Program-made: the position numbers and the translations under genes
In this document: positions 29,737-40,375 of the stretch, piece by piece
Layout: the number at the start of each line of letters is the position of its first letter
Numbering within the stretch: position 1 is the stretch's first letter
Assembly: GCA_963762565.1 (NCBI GenBank)
Contig: CAVXLD010000003.1
Coordinates: 160,001 to 224,000 of the forward strand
Length of the DNA: 64,000 nt
Source of the DNA: an uncultured Verrucomicrobiae bacterium
GTDB lineage: Bacteria > Verrucomicrobiota > Verrucomicrobiia > Chthoniobacterales > JAFAMB01
Reading direction: 5' to 3'
The notes under the pieces: generated by a model
The model's database searches: none
The model's input: the letters and a program-made list of their open reading frames with translations, nothing else
What the model was told of the DNA's origin: nothing

Positions 29737-30321
29737 ATGAAGCTTTTCAAAATGGTTCAGGTCGCCGCGGTGCTATTGATCACCAGCCCCGTGCTGGCTG
29801 GCGGGACCGGGACAGAGGGGGCTTCGATTATGCCGGGCGCTAGCCTAGCCGGCGTATCTCTTGGTCCCAACGGCACGCCGGAATTGGGAAAGCTCGGCAA
29901 GCCCTATCGGATTGATCGAGGAATGTCTCAGACCCACCAGGTGTGGAAATGGTTTCGGCCTGGGGGGCGATTCGACACGTTCTTTGTTCACACGGTTAAT
30001 AACGGAGCCATTGACGCGCAGCCGGCAGACGGTGTGACCATCGATCTGATCCGGTCGACTGCTACTCGATTTCGAACGGCTAACGGCATCGCGGTCGGCA
30101 GTACGCTGAACCAGATCCGGAAGAGTTTTCCTGCGGTTGCGCCGCCGGCAGATACACCTACAATTTTCGACGATGTGAAAGCAGGGATCGCTTTCGAGTT
30201 TAGCGCTGCTCCCGGTGGTGATTCGCCCTGTATCGCGATAATGGTTCATCCACCCGGCCAAAGTAATATTGCGACCCAGGAGCAAGTGGCAGAAGTGCTG
30301 GAGAACGGGAACACGGATTAG
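29737..30321 (+). CDS. Secreted hypothetical protein (paralog 2)
   Basis: Start MKLFKMV; same motifs as paralog 1. Confidence 0.85.
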   Translation: MKLFKMVQVAAVLLITSPVLAGGTGTEGASIMPGASLAGVSLGPNGTPELGKLGKPYRIDRGMSQTHQVWKWFRPGGRFDTFFVHTVNNGAIDAQPADGVTIDLIRSTATRFRTANGIAVGSTLNQIRKSFPAVAPPADTPTIFDDVKAGIAFEFSAAPGGDSPCIAIMVHPPGQSNIATQEQVAEVLENGNTD

Positions 30322-30340
30322 TCGGGCGATAGGGCAAAGG

Positions 30341-30528
30341 TGATTAGTGATTGGTGATTCGTGATTGGTGGAAGGCAGCTCGTGGAGCGGGCCTTGCTTG
30401 TCCTTACTAAGCCTCGCTAGCCCTGAATCGAGCCGCCCCTAGCGAATCACTGCGGTCGGCCGTTTGCTTTCGCTTTTCGCCTCTGACCAATCACTAGTCA
30501 CTAATCACTAATCACTAATCACTAATCA
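30341..30528. repeat. Inverted heptamer tandem arms (TGATTRG x4 / CTAATCA x6)
   Basis: 30341-30368 and 30487-30528. Confidence 0.9.
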
Positions 30529-30586
30529 CCTCCAGACCCCTTCTCGGCTTGAATGCACCGCGCGTTTTTGATTACATGCCTAAGCC

Positions 30587-31339
30587 ATGGCTGACTGGCT
30601 GAGCTCGAGCGCCGGTGGAAACCTGCGATTCGACACCACCCAATGGAGCTTGGTCTCGGCTGCGGCAGCGGCGGGGAACGAACGCAGCCGGGCTGCCTTC
30701 GAGGATCTTTACCGCGCTTATTCTCATGCGGTTTACGCGTTTATTCGGCGACGGGGTTATGCTCGCCAGGATGCCCAAGACTTGACCCAGGACTTCTTCC
30801 TTCATCTCTTGGAAAAAAATGCATTTGTTCGGGCAGATCCGAATCGAGGAAAATTTCGCAGTTTCCTTTTAGGAGCTCTCGAATTCTTTTTGCAGCATGC
30901 TGATGAACGGGCCAGAGCGGAGAAACGTGGCGGCCGCGCGGCGATGGTCTTTCTCGACGATGAGACGGCCGAGGCAAGTTATCAGTTAGCCGATCCCAAA
31001 CAAAACGCGGAGCAAGTCTATGATGCGCGTTGGGCGGCAACACTGATTCGATCGACGGTCGATCGCCTCAAAACCGAGATGGAATGGCAGGGTAAAGCGG
31101 ACTTATTCGAACAAATCCGGGGTTTTTTAATTGAGGGTGAAGATCGATCCTACCAAGAAGTCGCGGAAAGCACCGGATTAACGCTGGGAGCAGTCAGATT
31201 AACCATTCATCGGATGAGAGTGCGTTACCGCGAACTGCTACGGGCGGAGATCGCGAGAACGGTGGTCAGTTCAGCGGATTTCGATCAAGAGATTCAGGCG
31301 CTGCGCGCGTCCTTGCGAAGCGGCTATCTGCCGGGCTGA
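30587..31339 (+). CDS. ECF sigma-70 factor (kinase-associated PVC type), copy 1
   Basis: FDTTQWSLV N-terminal motif, DAQDLTQDFF, RGKFRSFL, KRGG, sigma4 SYQEVA..GLT.GAV...IHRMR.RY. Confidence 0.92.
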   Translation: MADWLSSSAGGNLRFDTTQWSLVSAAAAAGNERSRAAFEDLYRAYSHAVYAFIRRRGYARQDAQDLTQDFFLHLLEKNAFVRADPNRGKFRSFLLGALEFFLQHADERARAEKRGGRAAMVFLDDETAEASYQLADPKQNAEQVYDARWAATLIRSTVDRLKTEMEWQGKADLFEQIRGFLIEGEDRSYQEVAESTGLTLGAVRLTIHRMRVRYRELLRAEIARTVVSSADFDQEIQALRASLRSGYLPG

Positions 31340-31396
31340 ACTCGCTTAGGCTCGTTCGATAGCCGATAGCCAATAGCCGATAGCCAATGGTGATCG

Positions 31397-31641
31397 GGTC
31401 GCCACCCGTGGAGCGCTGCCTCGCTTGCGAGGCCGTGGTGAACAAAGACAACCTCGGGTCAGACCTATCGCCTATCAGCGCTCTTGCGCGTGTTCAATTA
31501 GGCATCTTGGGTCCAAATGGGGACGAACGCACGAAGTCAAGCGACGATACAGAGCGGGGACACAATGTGGGTATGACTTACGAGCTCGCCCTGTTCACCA
31601 AGGCCTCGCAAGCGAGGCAGCGCTCCACGGGTGACGACCCC
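31397..31641. repeat. Family A REPIN
   Basis: GGGTCGCCACCCGTGGAGCGCTGCCTCGCTTGCGAGGCCGTGGTGAACA and a near-perfect inverted partner. Confidence 0.9.
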
Positions 31642-31654
31642 TGAACGTCTTGGC

Positions 31655-32053
31655 CTATTGTTTATGCTCTTTTTCGTAGTTCGCTTTCGCTTCGTCGGCG
31701 ACCTTTTGGAGAATATCTTTACCAAAGCGGCGCTGGATCTCTGGCAACGCGATCTCGTTGTAGCCGATCATATGGCTGATTCTGTCGATTAGGACCTCAT
31801 CACCAGCCACCCGGCGCATTTCGATGTTATAGCGCTCCTTCATCAGCCGGATTAACTCATCGTCCGTTGGGGCGGGGAGTCCGGCGAACTCATATGCAAG
31901 AACGCCGTGGCTGGTATCCTTTTGGGCATCGGCCAGGCCTTGTTCGTAGTCCGCCTGAGAATAACCGGCTGGCGCCTTCTGTCCTGGCGCAAGGCCCGCA
32001 AAAATCAACGACACGATGACCGTCAGGAGTAATTGCGAAAGCGATTTATTCAT
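31655..32053 (-). CDS. Secreted hypothetical protein
   Basis: Signal peptide MNKSLSQLLL..; GYNE..I.RRFGKDIL motif. Confidence 0.75.
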   Translation of the reverse strand: MNKSLSQLLLTVIVSLIFAGLAPGQKAPAGYSQADYEQGLADAQKDTSHGVLAYEFAGLPAPTDDELIRLMKERYNIEMRRVAGDEVLIDRISHMIGYNEIALPEIQRRFGKDILQKVADEAKANYEKEHKQ

Positions 32054-32217
32054 GCTGTAATATACTCCCGCATTCATTCGGCAAAGTTTCAGGAATTAGA
32101 TGAAATGCAGCGTCCCCGCAACCTCAAGGCACTCGAGTGGATCAATTCCAGGCCACTGATCCACTCCTAGATACTCAAGTTCAACTACCCAAAAGCGGTG
32201 CGTGTGATCTGCGCGGA

Positions 32218-33222
32218 TTATTCCGTGATTCGGACCACCGTGACAGAGCCGTCGGTATAGTTAGTGACATACGCCTGCTCGCCGTTCGGCGCGATGGCGA
32301 CGGCAACAGGCCCAATCCCAACCGTGAACTTAGTGGCCACAGCCTTGGTCGCGGTGTTGATAACGGCAACGCTCCCGTCTTTGGAATCAGTCTGATCCAT
32401 CGGCACGTAGAGATATTTGCCGTCCGGCGTCAGCGCGGAAAAATATCCAGTGTGAGCGCCGTAGCTGGAGAGGTCGACGGTGGCGATGATCTCTCTATCC
32501 TTGATGACCGAAACTGAAGTAAGGTTTACCACATAAACGATCGTGCCACTCGGCGAGATATTAATGCCGCACGGGTCCTCTCCAACACTGATCGGAAGTC
32601 CTTTGATCTTGTTCGTTGCGACATTAATGACAGACACCGTGGAGCTGGAAATATTCGTCACGTAAGCTGCCTCACCGTTCGGCGTGAAAGCAATATCGGC
32701 CGGATTAATTCCTACCTTAAGTGATTTAATGAGGGATCCCGAGCCGGCGGTAGAGTAAACATAAACCTTGTTATCTCCTTGAGAGGCGACATAGAGCTCG
32801 TTTCCGTTGGGACTAACTGCTAATCCGAACGGATTACTGGTTCCGGTGAGCGTGTCGGTTGTTTGTTGGAAATTGGAGGTGCTGAAACCAATAACATACC
32901 CGGTAGGTTGGTCGTCGGTAACCCACAGCGTTTCTCCATTTGGCGATAGAGCCAAATCCGTGACGTAATAGCCCGTAAGCCCGTGTTGGGTAACGGCGTA
33001 GGTCGTCGCATTGATCGCTGCAACGTAATTGCTTCCGTGTTCAGCGACGTAGGCAGTACTGCTGTCCGGAGACACGACGACTCCATACGGCTCGTCTAAT
33101 CCGGTTATGGTGGTCAATATGGTGTTAACGGGCTTAGCCACGACCGGTGCTACCGCGGCCATCCATAATAAACTGATCCAGGCTATCCGGGATGTGCCTG
33201 TCTTGGTTTTCTTCGTCTTCAT
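32218..33222 (-). CDS. YncE/YVTN beta-propeller repeat protein, secreted
   Basis: Repeated P.G.A.SP.G..AYVTN units; signal peptide. Confidence 0.93.
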   Translation of the reverse strand: MKTKKTKTGTSRIAWISLLWMAAVAPVVAKPVNTILTTITGLDEPYGVVVSPDSSTAYVAEHGSNYVAAINATTYAVTQHGLTGYYVTDLALSPNGETLWVTDDQPTGYVIGFSTSNFQQTTDTLTGTSNPFGLAVSPNGNELYVASQGDNKVYVYSTAGSGSLIKSLKVGINPADIAFTPNGEAAYVTNISSSTVSVINVATNKIKGLPISVGEDPCGINISPSGTIVYVVNLTSVSVIKDREIIATVDLSSYGAHTGYFSALTPDGKYLYVPMDQTDSKDGSVAVINTATKAVATKFTVGIGPVAVAIAPNGEQAYVTNYTDGSVTVVRITE

Positions 33223-33557
33223 TCTTCTTTTCTTTCCACAGGTGCTCGATGCACGGTTTGTTTAGTTTGATTGGGCGACTTGATCTACCTGGGAGCACCG
33301 GCTCGGAATCGGACATCGCTAGTGCGTTGGACGGTGAGGCGGGCTCGATCAAAGGCAGCCGGCGGCTGCGATTGGAGGCAGATGCTGGTCATTTATTCTG
33401 TTCTCCCGAAGATTTGCCGGGACGTTTCTGAGAGAAGTGTCGAGCCCGACTTCAGGGAAGGACTCAGGTGCTATACGGCCTAGGGTTTCAATAAATTCGG
33501 GAATAGCTATAGCTCGCCAATGCCCCCTTTTTTCTGTAGATTGGGGGTTATCGATAT

Positions 33558-36368
33558 ATGGGGAGTTCTGCTGCTATCCCAGAGACCGGTGTCTGCCGAA
33601 GCTGCGGCGCGCGCATCCGGCCTGAGGATTCTTACAGCGGTTATTGCTTCGGTTGTTTATTGACGCCGGCGCTGGATTCCTCCAGCGACCGCCTGGCTGA
33701 AGAGAACATCAGGTTCGACCATTACGAGATTCTCACCCACCCGGATGGATCTTTCGTCGAGCTCGGACGCGGAGCAATGGGTGTTACCTACAAGGCGGTC
33801 GACGTTAAGTTGCGGTTTCCGGTGGCGTTGAAGGTAATCAATCCCACAGTGGCAGGCGCGCCAGTAAATCGGGAGCGATTTCTGCGCGAAGCGCAAGCGG
33901 CAGCCAGGCTACGGCATCCGCACGTCGCTAGCGTCCTTTATTATGGTGTCCAGGGCGGCGGGCAGTGCTTCTACACTATGGAATTTGTTGATGGGGAAAC
34001 GCTGGCAACCCGCGTGGAACGCAGTGGTCCACTGCCTGTAGAAGACGCATTGGAGATGATCGCTCAGGTTGCCAACGCATTAACAGCCGCTGAGCAACAG
34101 GGGCTAGTGCATCGAGATCTAAAGCCGGCAAATCTGATGTTGGTGAAGGGCGATGGAATCAACGCAAAGGTGATCGATTTTGGCTTAGTGAAACTCGTCG
34201 GCGAAGATGGGAGTACTGATTCGCTTACGCAGGATGGTTTTGTCGGGACGCCGGCGTTTGCCAGTCCGGAACAGTTCGCCGGAGCGGAGATCGATCAGCG
34301 TTCGGACTATTTCTCGTTGGGGAGCACCCTGTTTTACGCACTAACTGGAAAGCCGCCCTTTAAGGCAGATCGACTGAAAGAGTTAGGAGAACAGATCGGT
34401 ACGGGGACAGTTCCGCTGGATCGCTTGAGAGCGGCGGCGGTCCCGCGTCCGGTCAGAGATTTGGTGGCATCGCTGTTGACTGCGGATCCAGCAAAGCGGC
34501 CGCAAACTGGACGGGCTCTGAATGAAGCCATTGCCAATTGCCAACGCAAAATCGGTGTTGCGAAGACTCCATCGCCGAAGAGAGGCGGATTGGCGGTAGG
34601 AATTATTGCGGCCCTTGGTTTGCTGCTCATCGCCGGAGCAGCAGTCTATTTCTTTACCGCTGAGCCTACGGCAGCGTCAGCAAAATCGATTGCGGTGCTG
34701 CCGTTCGACAATTTCAGTCCGAGCACGGACGAGTCTTACTTTTCAGACGGCGTTCAGGATGAAATTCTGACTAACCTGGCAAAAGTGGCCGACCTGCAGG
34801 TCATCAGTCGCGGCAGTGTCCAAACCTACCGGAGCCCGGCCAATCGACCCTCCCCGGCCGAGATCGGTTCGGCGCTCCACGTACACTACCTCGTTAGTGG
34901 CAGTGTCAGGCGCGCTGGCGATCAACTCCGAGTAACCGCTCAACTGGTAGAAGCCACGACTGGACGCGAGGTCTGGGCAGAACGTTACGAGGGGAATTTG
35001 GCTAATGTTTTTACGATTCAGACACAGATCGCTCAGGAAATATCGCAGGAAGTACGAGCGCAGCTTTCTCCGAAAGAGAAGGAATCGATAGAAGAAGCGC
35101 CGACTCATGACGTAGTCGCATACCAGCTCTATCTGCAAGCGAAGCAATTGTTCCAGAACTACGACGAATCGATCCAGCAATGGGATCCGCTGTATACTGC
35201 GGTACGATTGTTGGACGAAGCGACGACACGCGACCCGAACTTTGTATTAGCCTGGTGCCTGCTCGCCGAAGCACACGATGATCTCTATTGGTACGATGCT
35301 GATCACAGTGATAGCCGGCGAGCTGCTGCCCAGACTGCCATCGACCAAGCGATGCGACTGCACCCTGATTCGGGGCAGGTTCATTTAGCCCTGGCGATCC
35401 ATCTTATGGCCACGCGCAGTGATTATACTGCCGTCCGTCGCGAGTTAGAGATTGCGCGCCAGACGCTGCCAAACTCGAGTAAGCTCATCGGGTTGTTAGC
35501 GAAAGTTGATGCGAGCCAAGGCAAATGGCGAGACGCGGTAAAAAATACCGAAAAAGCGATTATGCTCGACCCGAAGAGCCGCGAGTTAATCACGCAGAGG
35601 AACGATATCTATCAATATCATCGTCGGTACGATGATCTGAAGCGGCTGCTAAGCGATTCGGCGACAGCCGGCATTAGCGCCAGCTCGATCGACTTCACTC
35701 GTGCTGCCATCGCGTGGCAGGAGAAAGGGGATACTTCTGCTTGTCACACCTTGCTCGACCCACCCGTCGGCCCGCTCCGCGCCATTGGGCGAGCCACTCT
35801 CCTGAAGATCCAGTGCGCTCTCGCAGACGGCAATTTTGATGCCGCGCGCAAATTCCTAACTGATGATCCCAGGCAAGAATTTGAAGCGGGTGACAAGAAG
35901 TTTTTTTCCCGGGAGTATATGCTTGCCTGGATCGAGCGATGCGCCGGAAATGAGAAGGCGTCCAGAGAGATCTATATGAAGGCGCGGCCGTTGCAACAAG
36001 CCTATGTCGAGAAGTGGCCGGATGATCCAAATCCACTAATGGTGCTCGCGATCACGGACGCAGGGATCGGGCGCAAAGACGAGGCCATTGCTGAGGCGCG
36101 TGGAGCCGTGGCCAAACGTCCGATCGATCAAAATGCGATGGAAGGTCCGTTGCTGGCTGAAGATCTCGCCCAGGTTTACCTGTGGGTAGGCGAACGCGAA
36201 CAGGCGCTAAGACAACTCGAGACGCTGGAACAAGTCCCGCGCGCGCTCACCTACGGCTACCTTGCCAAAGTGCCGACCTGGGATGCTTTGCGTTCTGAGC
36301 CGCGGTTTCAACAGGTACTATCGAGCCTTGGGCCGATTCCTATTGAGAACAGAGGCGGCGAGAAGTGA
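33558..36368 (+). CDS. Hanks-type Ser/Thr protein kinase with TM, TolB_N/FlgO-like and TPR domains, copy 1
   Basis: CxxC..CxxC N-terminus, LGRGAMG, VALKVI, HRDLKPAN, DFG, GTPAFASPEQ, TM, SIAVLPF, TPR-like helices. Confidence 0.95.
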   Translation: MGSSAAIPETGVCRSCGARIRPEDSYSGYCFGCLLTPALDSSSDRLAEENIRFDHYEILTHPDGSFVELGRGAMGVTYKAVDVKLRFPVALKVINPTVAGAPVNRERFLREAQAAARLRHPHVASVLYYGVQGGGQCFYTMEFVDGETLATRVERSGPLPVEDALEMIAQVANALTAAEQQGLVHRDLKPANLMLVKGDGINAKVIDFGLVKLVGEDGSTDSLTQDGFVGTPAFASPEQFAGAEIDQRSDYFSLGSTLFYALTGKPPFKADRLKELGEQIGTGTVPLDRLRAAAVPRPVRDLVASLLTADPAKRPQTGRALNEAIANCQRKIGVAKTPSPKRGGLAVGIIAALGLLLIAGAAVYFFTAEPTAASAKSIAVLPFDNFSPSTDESYFSDGVQDEILTNLAKVADLQVISRGSVQTYRSPANRPSPAEIGSALHVHYLVSGSVRRAGDQLRVTAQLVEATTGREVWAERYEGNLANVFTIQTQIAQEISQEVRAQLSPKEKESIEEAPTHDVVAYQLYLQAKQLFQNYDESIQQWDPLYTAVRLLDEATTRDPNFVLAWCLLAEAHDDLYWYDADHSDSRRAAAQTAIDQAMRLHPDSGQVHLALAIHLMATRSDYTAVRRELEIARQTLPNSSKLIGLLAKVDASQGKWRDAVKNTEKAIMLDPKSRELITQRNDIYQYHRRYDDLKRLLSDSATAGISASSIDFTRAAIAWQEKGDTSACHTLLDPPVGPLRAIGRATLLKIQCALADGNFDAARKFLTDDPRQEFEAGDKKFFSREYMLAWIERCAGNEKASREIYMKARPLQQAYVEKWPDDPNPLMVLAITDAGIGRKDEAIAEARGAVAKRPIDQNAMEGPLLAEDLAQVYLWVGEREQALRQLETLEQVPRALTYGYLAKVPTWDALRSEPRFQQVLSSLGPIPIENRGGEK

Positions 36369-36586
36369 ATGGTGAGAAGTGAGACGTGAAAAGTCAGTAA
36401 TAGCCGCGAAAGAACGCAAGGAACGCAAAAAGGTTTGCTTGGAGAAGGCAAGGCGATTGGTGATTGGTGATTTGTGGTTGGTAGTTCCCGGTGTTTTATA
36501 TAAGAATGAGCAGAAGCTCATCCCTAGCGGATTCCGGCCCTCCGAATTGCACTCGTGTAGCGGGTTGAAGTTGCTTTGAGCGCTGG

Positions 36587-37273
36587 CTAACCGTTCTCCC
36601 CACCCACAGCCGTTCCGCCGGAAAACGGGGTGCCGCATCTTGTGGTGACATTACCCTGATACTTATCACCCGAGCTCAGTGACAGACCGGTACCGCAGTC
36701 CGTCAAGAAATTATGGATCATGGCGTTGTCGCTCCCGGTCTCCTCAACCCCCACGTTAAACCCGCTAACTTGGCTGTCGCTAACTTGACTTTCCGCACAG
36801 TCCATTGATATGCCCGGCTGTACATTGCTGGCGTTAGAGGAAACAATAACACAGCTCGCAACGACACAATTCGTGCCTGTCAGACCTACTCCCTTCTCAG
36901 ACACGATGACCTTTAACCCGTTCAGGAAGAATTCCGAACCGGTAAAACTGATACCGTTGCCGAATCCCGATATGATGCCGTTTCTCACAGTCACATTGGT
37001 GGAGTTGCTGCATATAACGCCGGTCCCACCAGAACCGAAAAGCATGTGGCCATTGAGGTTGATCACGACGTTGTTTACATCCGAAGCGATCGTGATGCCA
37101 TTGTCGCCTGACTTAGCCGTCAGATCACTCTCGACGATATATTCGCCGGAGGCAGTGACTTTGTAAGGTAGAGAAGTGATTGTGATTACAGAAGTATTTG
37201 CTTTCGCAGAATACAGCGTCGCCGGTAGTGAGACCGCCACTCCAGCCAGCAGGACTAGATGTTTCAGTTTCAT
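36587..37273 (-). CDS. Secreted right-handed beta-helix protein
   Basis: Signal peptide; ITSLPY.VT.SG.Y, VVINLNGH, NVTVRNG.ISGF..GI. Confidence 0.85.
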   Translation of the reverse strand: MKLKHLVLLAGVAVSLPATLYSAKANTSVITITSLPYKVTASGEYIVESDLTAKSGDNGITIASDVNNVVINLNGHMLFGSGGTGVICSNSTNVTVRNGIISGFGNGISFTGSEFFLNGLKVIVSEKGVGLTGTNCVVASCVIVSSNASNVQPGISMDCAESQVSDSQVSGFNVGVEETGSDNAMIHNFLTDCGTGLSLSSGDKYQGNVTTRCGTPFSGGTAVGGENG

Positions 37274-37649
37274 AACTTGGTTGTACTATTTTTTTTGCTA
37301 TGTATTCAAGCAGCAAAGGGTAGAGCGGGATACTGGACTTATAAACCGCTAAGACCATTGCTGGGTCACCGGGTAGCCTCGTCCGACCAAACTACTGAAT
37401 TTGGATAACCGTCACAGCACCGGCCTCGTTCTGCACGCACTTCGAAGATGAGACCGCCGGCTATTGGGGATCTTATTCGTGTCACCTTGAAATCGTGGCA
37501 ACAAAGCATGAAACGTTCAGCTTTAGACTCGGGATAATTCGGATATGACGCAATTCCGTCGAAGGTTGGGGGTGCGATCCCCAGATTGTGGGTTAACCAG
37601 CTCGCACTCTTAGGTTTTGCGCTGATTAGTTCCAATAAGGAATGAGTTT

Positions 37650-38105
37650 ATGAAGAAAATCGTCTTAGCATTAATGGCATCGGTTGCGCTCAGTGGGCAA
37701 AGCGAAGCGCAGATCGGCCGTACTCTGGAGCAATGTGAGCAGCAGTATGGCAAGCCCGTGTCGGCACCAAACAGGAACATTGACCCCGGGGTGATTCAAT
37801 ATCATTTCGTATCGGGAAAGTTAGACGTTAGCGTGCGTATTTCTACGAACACGCACACGGCCACGGCGGTCTATTACTCAAAGCTGGACCACGGACCGTT
37901 CTCAGACGCTGAGATTAAGCAGTTACTGCATGAAAGCGGCCCGGAGTTAAATTGGTCGGTAGGTCAAGACGCACATCCAGCCAGATCCGATGACAAGAGC
38001 TGGGTTGGCCAGAAGGGCGGCAAGGCCGTCCTGAATGCGATGTATGCTCATTTGGAGGAAGGCGAAGGTTATGTTCTGAACATCTATCCTTCGACCGGGA
38101 GTTAG
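37650..38105 (+). CDS. Secreted hypothetical protein
   Basis: AAGGA RBS, signal peptide, IGRTLEQCEQQYGKP motif. Confidence 0.8.
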   Translation: MKKIVLALMASVALSGQSEAQIGRTLEQCEQQYGKPVSAPNRNIDPGVIQYHFVSGKLDVSVRISTNTHTATAVYYSKLDHGPFSDAEIKQLLHESGPELNWSVGQDAHPARSDDKSWVGQKGGKAVLNAMYAHLEEGEGYVLNIYPSTGS

Positions 38106-38426
38106 CAGTTAGCAGTTGGCGTTGCCCCATCGCCCGGGAGGGATCGCGTCCTCGCGATCCGTTGTTACCGAGGTCGAGGATGTGTCGTGATCGTGGACGA
38201 AAATACATGTTTGGGTTTTGGCACGTCCTCGCGGCGCGCGGGGATCCGACGTCGCCCCTGTGGGAGAAAATCATCTGGATGCACCAGGCTATGTCGGACA
38301 GGCAGCGCGCCCTCCCCGAATTGCGCGCGGACACGGTTGGATCCGGCTTAAATTCCCCGATCAGTCTCGCAACCTTTCCGAAAAAAATGATAAAACTTTC
38401 GCCAGGGAATTCGGGAAGTCTGAAAT

Positions 38427-40223
38427 ATGCAACATCAATTTCGGCGGGTTCTGAGCGCGAATCTACGCGTTCTGGCGGCGCTGCTCCTGGTTAGCTGCCT
38501 TCTCGCCAGCAGCGGAACAGCGCAAACGAGGTACCGAATTATTCACCTGCCAACGGCGGACGGTTATAACAGCGCCGCCTTTGGGTTAAATGATTCCGGC
38601 AATGTGATCGGCTATAGTTATCAAGACACCATCGCGATCGGTTTCTTGTACAATTATGCGGATGATTCGATGAACGATCTCGGATCGTTCGGAGGTCAGG
38701 CCACAGTCGCGACGGCGGTCGATAACGACAACCGGGTGATCGGCTACAGCGCGGACAATAATGGTCAACGGATCGCTTTTCTGTATACGGCAGAAGCGGG
38801 TCTGACTCCGCTGGGAACATTGCCTGGGGGGTCAAACAGCGAAGCGTTCTCGATCAATAGTTCGGCAGAGGGTGCAGGGGATAGCGAGACACAGGGCGAC
38901 AGCCATCGGCCCGTGATCTTCACGAATCAAACCGCCCAAGATCTCGGGATTGAATCGACCGCATCAAGCCTGCTGGAGACCGCTTACGGAGTCAACGACT
39001 CAGGGCAGATCGTTGGCCGGTACCAGAACGCTGATGGCGCTACTCACGCCTTCCTGTATGCCTCAGGGCAACTAACCGATCTTGGTAGTCTGGGAGGCGC
39101 AAATAGCGAAGCGCTGGCTATCAATGTGAACGGCCTCATCGTGGGTGACAGTCAGATGACTGGGGGAACAATCCATGCCTTCGTTTTCGATAGTGGTGCG
39201 ATGAAGGATCTCGGCACGCTGCCCGGTTTTACGAATGCCAGTTTTGCCCGCGGGGTGAACAACACCGGGCAAATCGTCGGTGAAAGTGATTCGGACAACC
39301 AGAAGCGTGCCTTTGTGTATAACAATGGTCAGATGAGCGACCTGACACAGGCGGCAATCAATATGCGGCAGGCCGGTTTTTCCGCCTTGGATGTGGCGAA
39401 CGGGATAAATAACCAAGGTTGGATCGCTGGGTTCGGCACTACCTTGGATGGGCGGTTAGCCGCATATTTGGCGATACCGGTTGGGGTTACCTCGGATCCG
39501 CCGGGTGGCCCTGATGCGCCGGTTTTTACCTCTGGAGATGTTAGTTCCGTCGCTTGGACCGGAGGCTGGTTTGCGCCCTTGGGTTTGTGGTCGTTGCCGT
39601 TAGCCGGCGGAGCGCTTTATTGGACTGGACAGCACTGGCATCACTGGCCGAAACCGCCTTGGCATAAGCCGCCGGAAAAGCCGCCTTGGCACCCGGGCAA
39701 GCCGCCGAAATGGCCGACGCCGCGGCCAAAGCCGACTCCTAAAGAAACGCCGAAAGGTACACCCATCCATCTATCGACTCCGCGAGGGACACCAAACCAA
39801 TTTCCAAGCGCAACTCCACGAACTACTCCGACGCCGCAAAGAACATTCCAGGATCTTTCGCGGCCGAACAATCCGTATGCTAGCGGAACGCCGGTGAAAA
39901 ATGTGACGCCCGGCGCAACACCGAAACCGAGTGAAGTGGAGAAGAATTCTAATGAGGGATCTCGTCATCAAACCGTCGAAAGCCAGGAGGCGGCAAAAGC
40001 GCATGCGACACCTACGCCGCAGCAAAGTCCGCGAGTGTTAAAGACGGAACATCGGACGACTTCCTCTGGATCTCGCACTGAAAATCGGATTGAGCGTCAT
40101 CCAAGCCCGAAGACCGGGTCCAGCAAAGGCGGACATCCTACAACCAGTAACAAACCAAAGCCGCCTGCTAACAAGCCTGCCCCACCAAAACCGAAACCGA
40201 AGCCTACGCCAAAGAAGAAATAA
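38427..40223 (+). CDS. HAF extracellular-repeat protein with W/H/P-rich segment and Pro/Thr/Lys-rich tail
   Basis: Repeats of GQIVG..HAFLY..DLG.L.G..SEA..IN; low-complexity C-terminal third. Confidence 0.9.
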   Translation: MQHQFRRVLSANLRVLAALLLVSCLLASSGTAQTRYRIIHLPTADGYNSAAFGLNDSGNVIGYSYQDTIAIGFLYNYADDSMNDLGSFGGQATVATAVDNDNRVIGYSADNNGQRIAFLYTAEAGLTPLGTLPGGSNSEAFSINSSAEGAGDSETQGDSHRPVIFTNQTAQDLGIESTASSLLETAYGVNDSGQIVGRYQNADGATHAFLYASGQLTDLGSLGGANSEALAINVNGLIVGDSQMTGGTIHAFVFDSGAMKDLGTLPGFTNASFARGVNNTGQIVGESDSDNQKRAFVYNNGQMSDLTQAAINMRQAGFSALDVANGINNQGWIAGFGTTLDGRLAAYLAIPVGVTSDPPGGPDAPVFTSGDVSSVAWTGGWFAPLGLWSLPLAGGALYWTGQHWHHWPKPPWHKPPEKPPWHPGKPPKWPTPRPKPTPKETPKGTPIHLSTPRGTPNQFPSATPRTTPTPQRTFQDLSRPNNPYASGTPVKNVTPGATPKPSEVEKNSNEGSRHQTVESQEAAKAHATPTPQQSPRVLKTEHRTTSSGSRTENRIERHPSPKTGSSKGGHPTTSNKPKPPANKPAPPKPKPKPTPKKK

Positions 40224-40346
40224 AGAAGAAAAAACGCACGCAAGGGCGCAAAGGCGCAAAGAAATCACGAAATAAGTAGGCCGGGGCTCTGGCAGTATCG
40301 GACGCTTGCGGACGAGCAAAGGAAGAAGGGAAGTTAACTGTGCGTG

Positions 40347-40375
40347 AATCGGCGGCTGTCTTACAGCCGCCGATT
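40347..40375. terminator. Hairpin terminator between convergent genes
   Basis: AATCGGCGGCTGT-ctt-ACAGCCGCCGATT followed by TTATTT. Confidence 0.7.

Noticed and set aside
32135..32167. GAGTGGATCA/TGATCCACTC hairpin as a MITE
   Set aside because: Only 10-bp arms and a single copy in the window; could be a terminator or chance.
37366..37635. 89-aa minus-strand ORF
   Set aside because: No recognisable motif, non-ATG start, and it lies in a divergent promoter region; cannot be supported.
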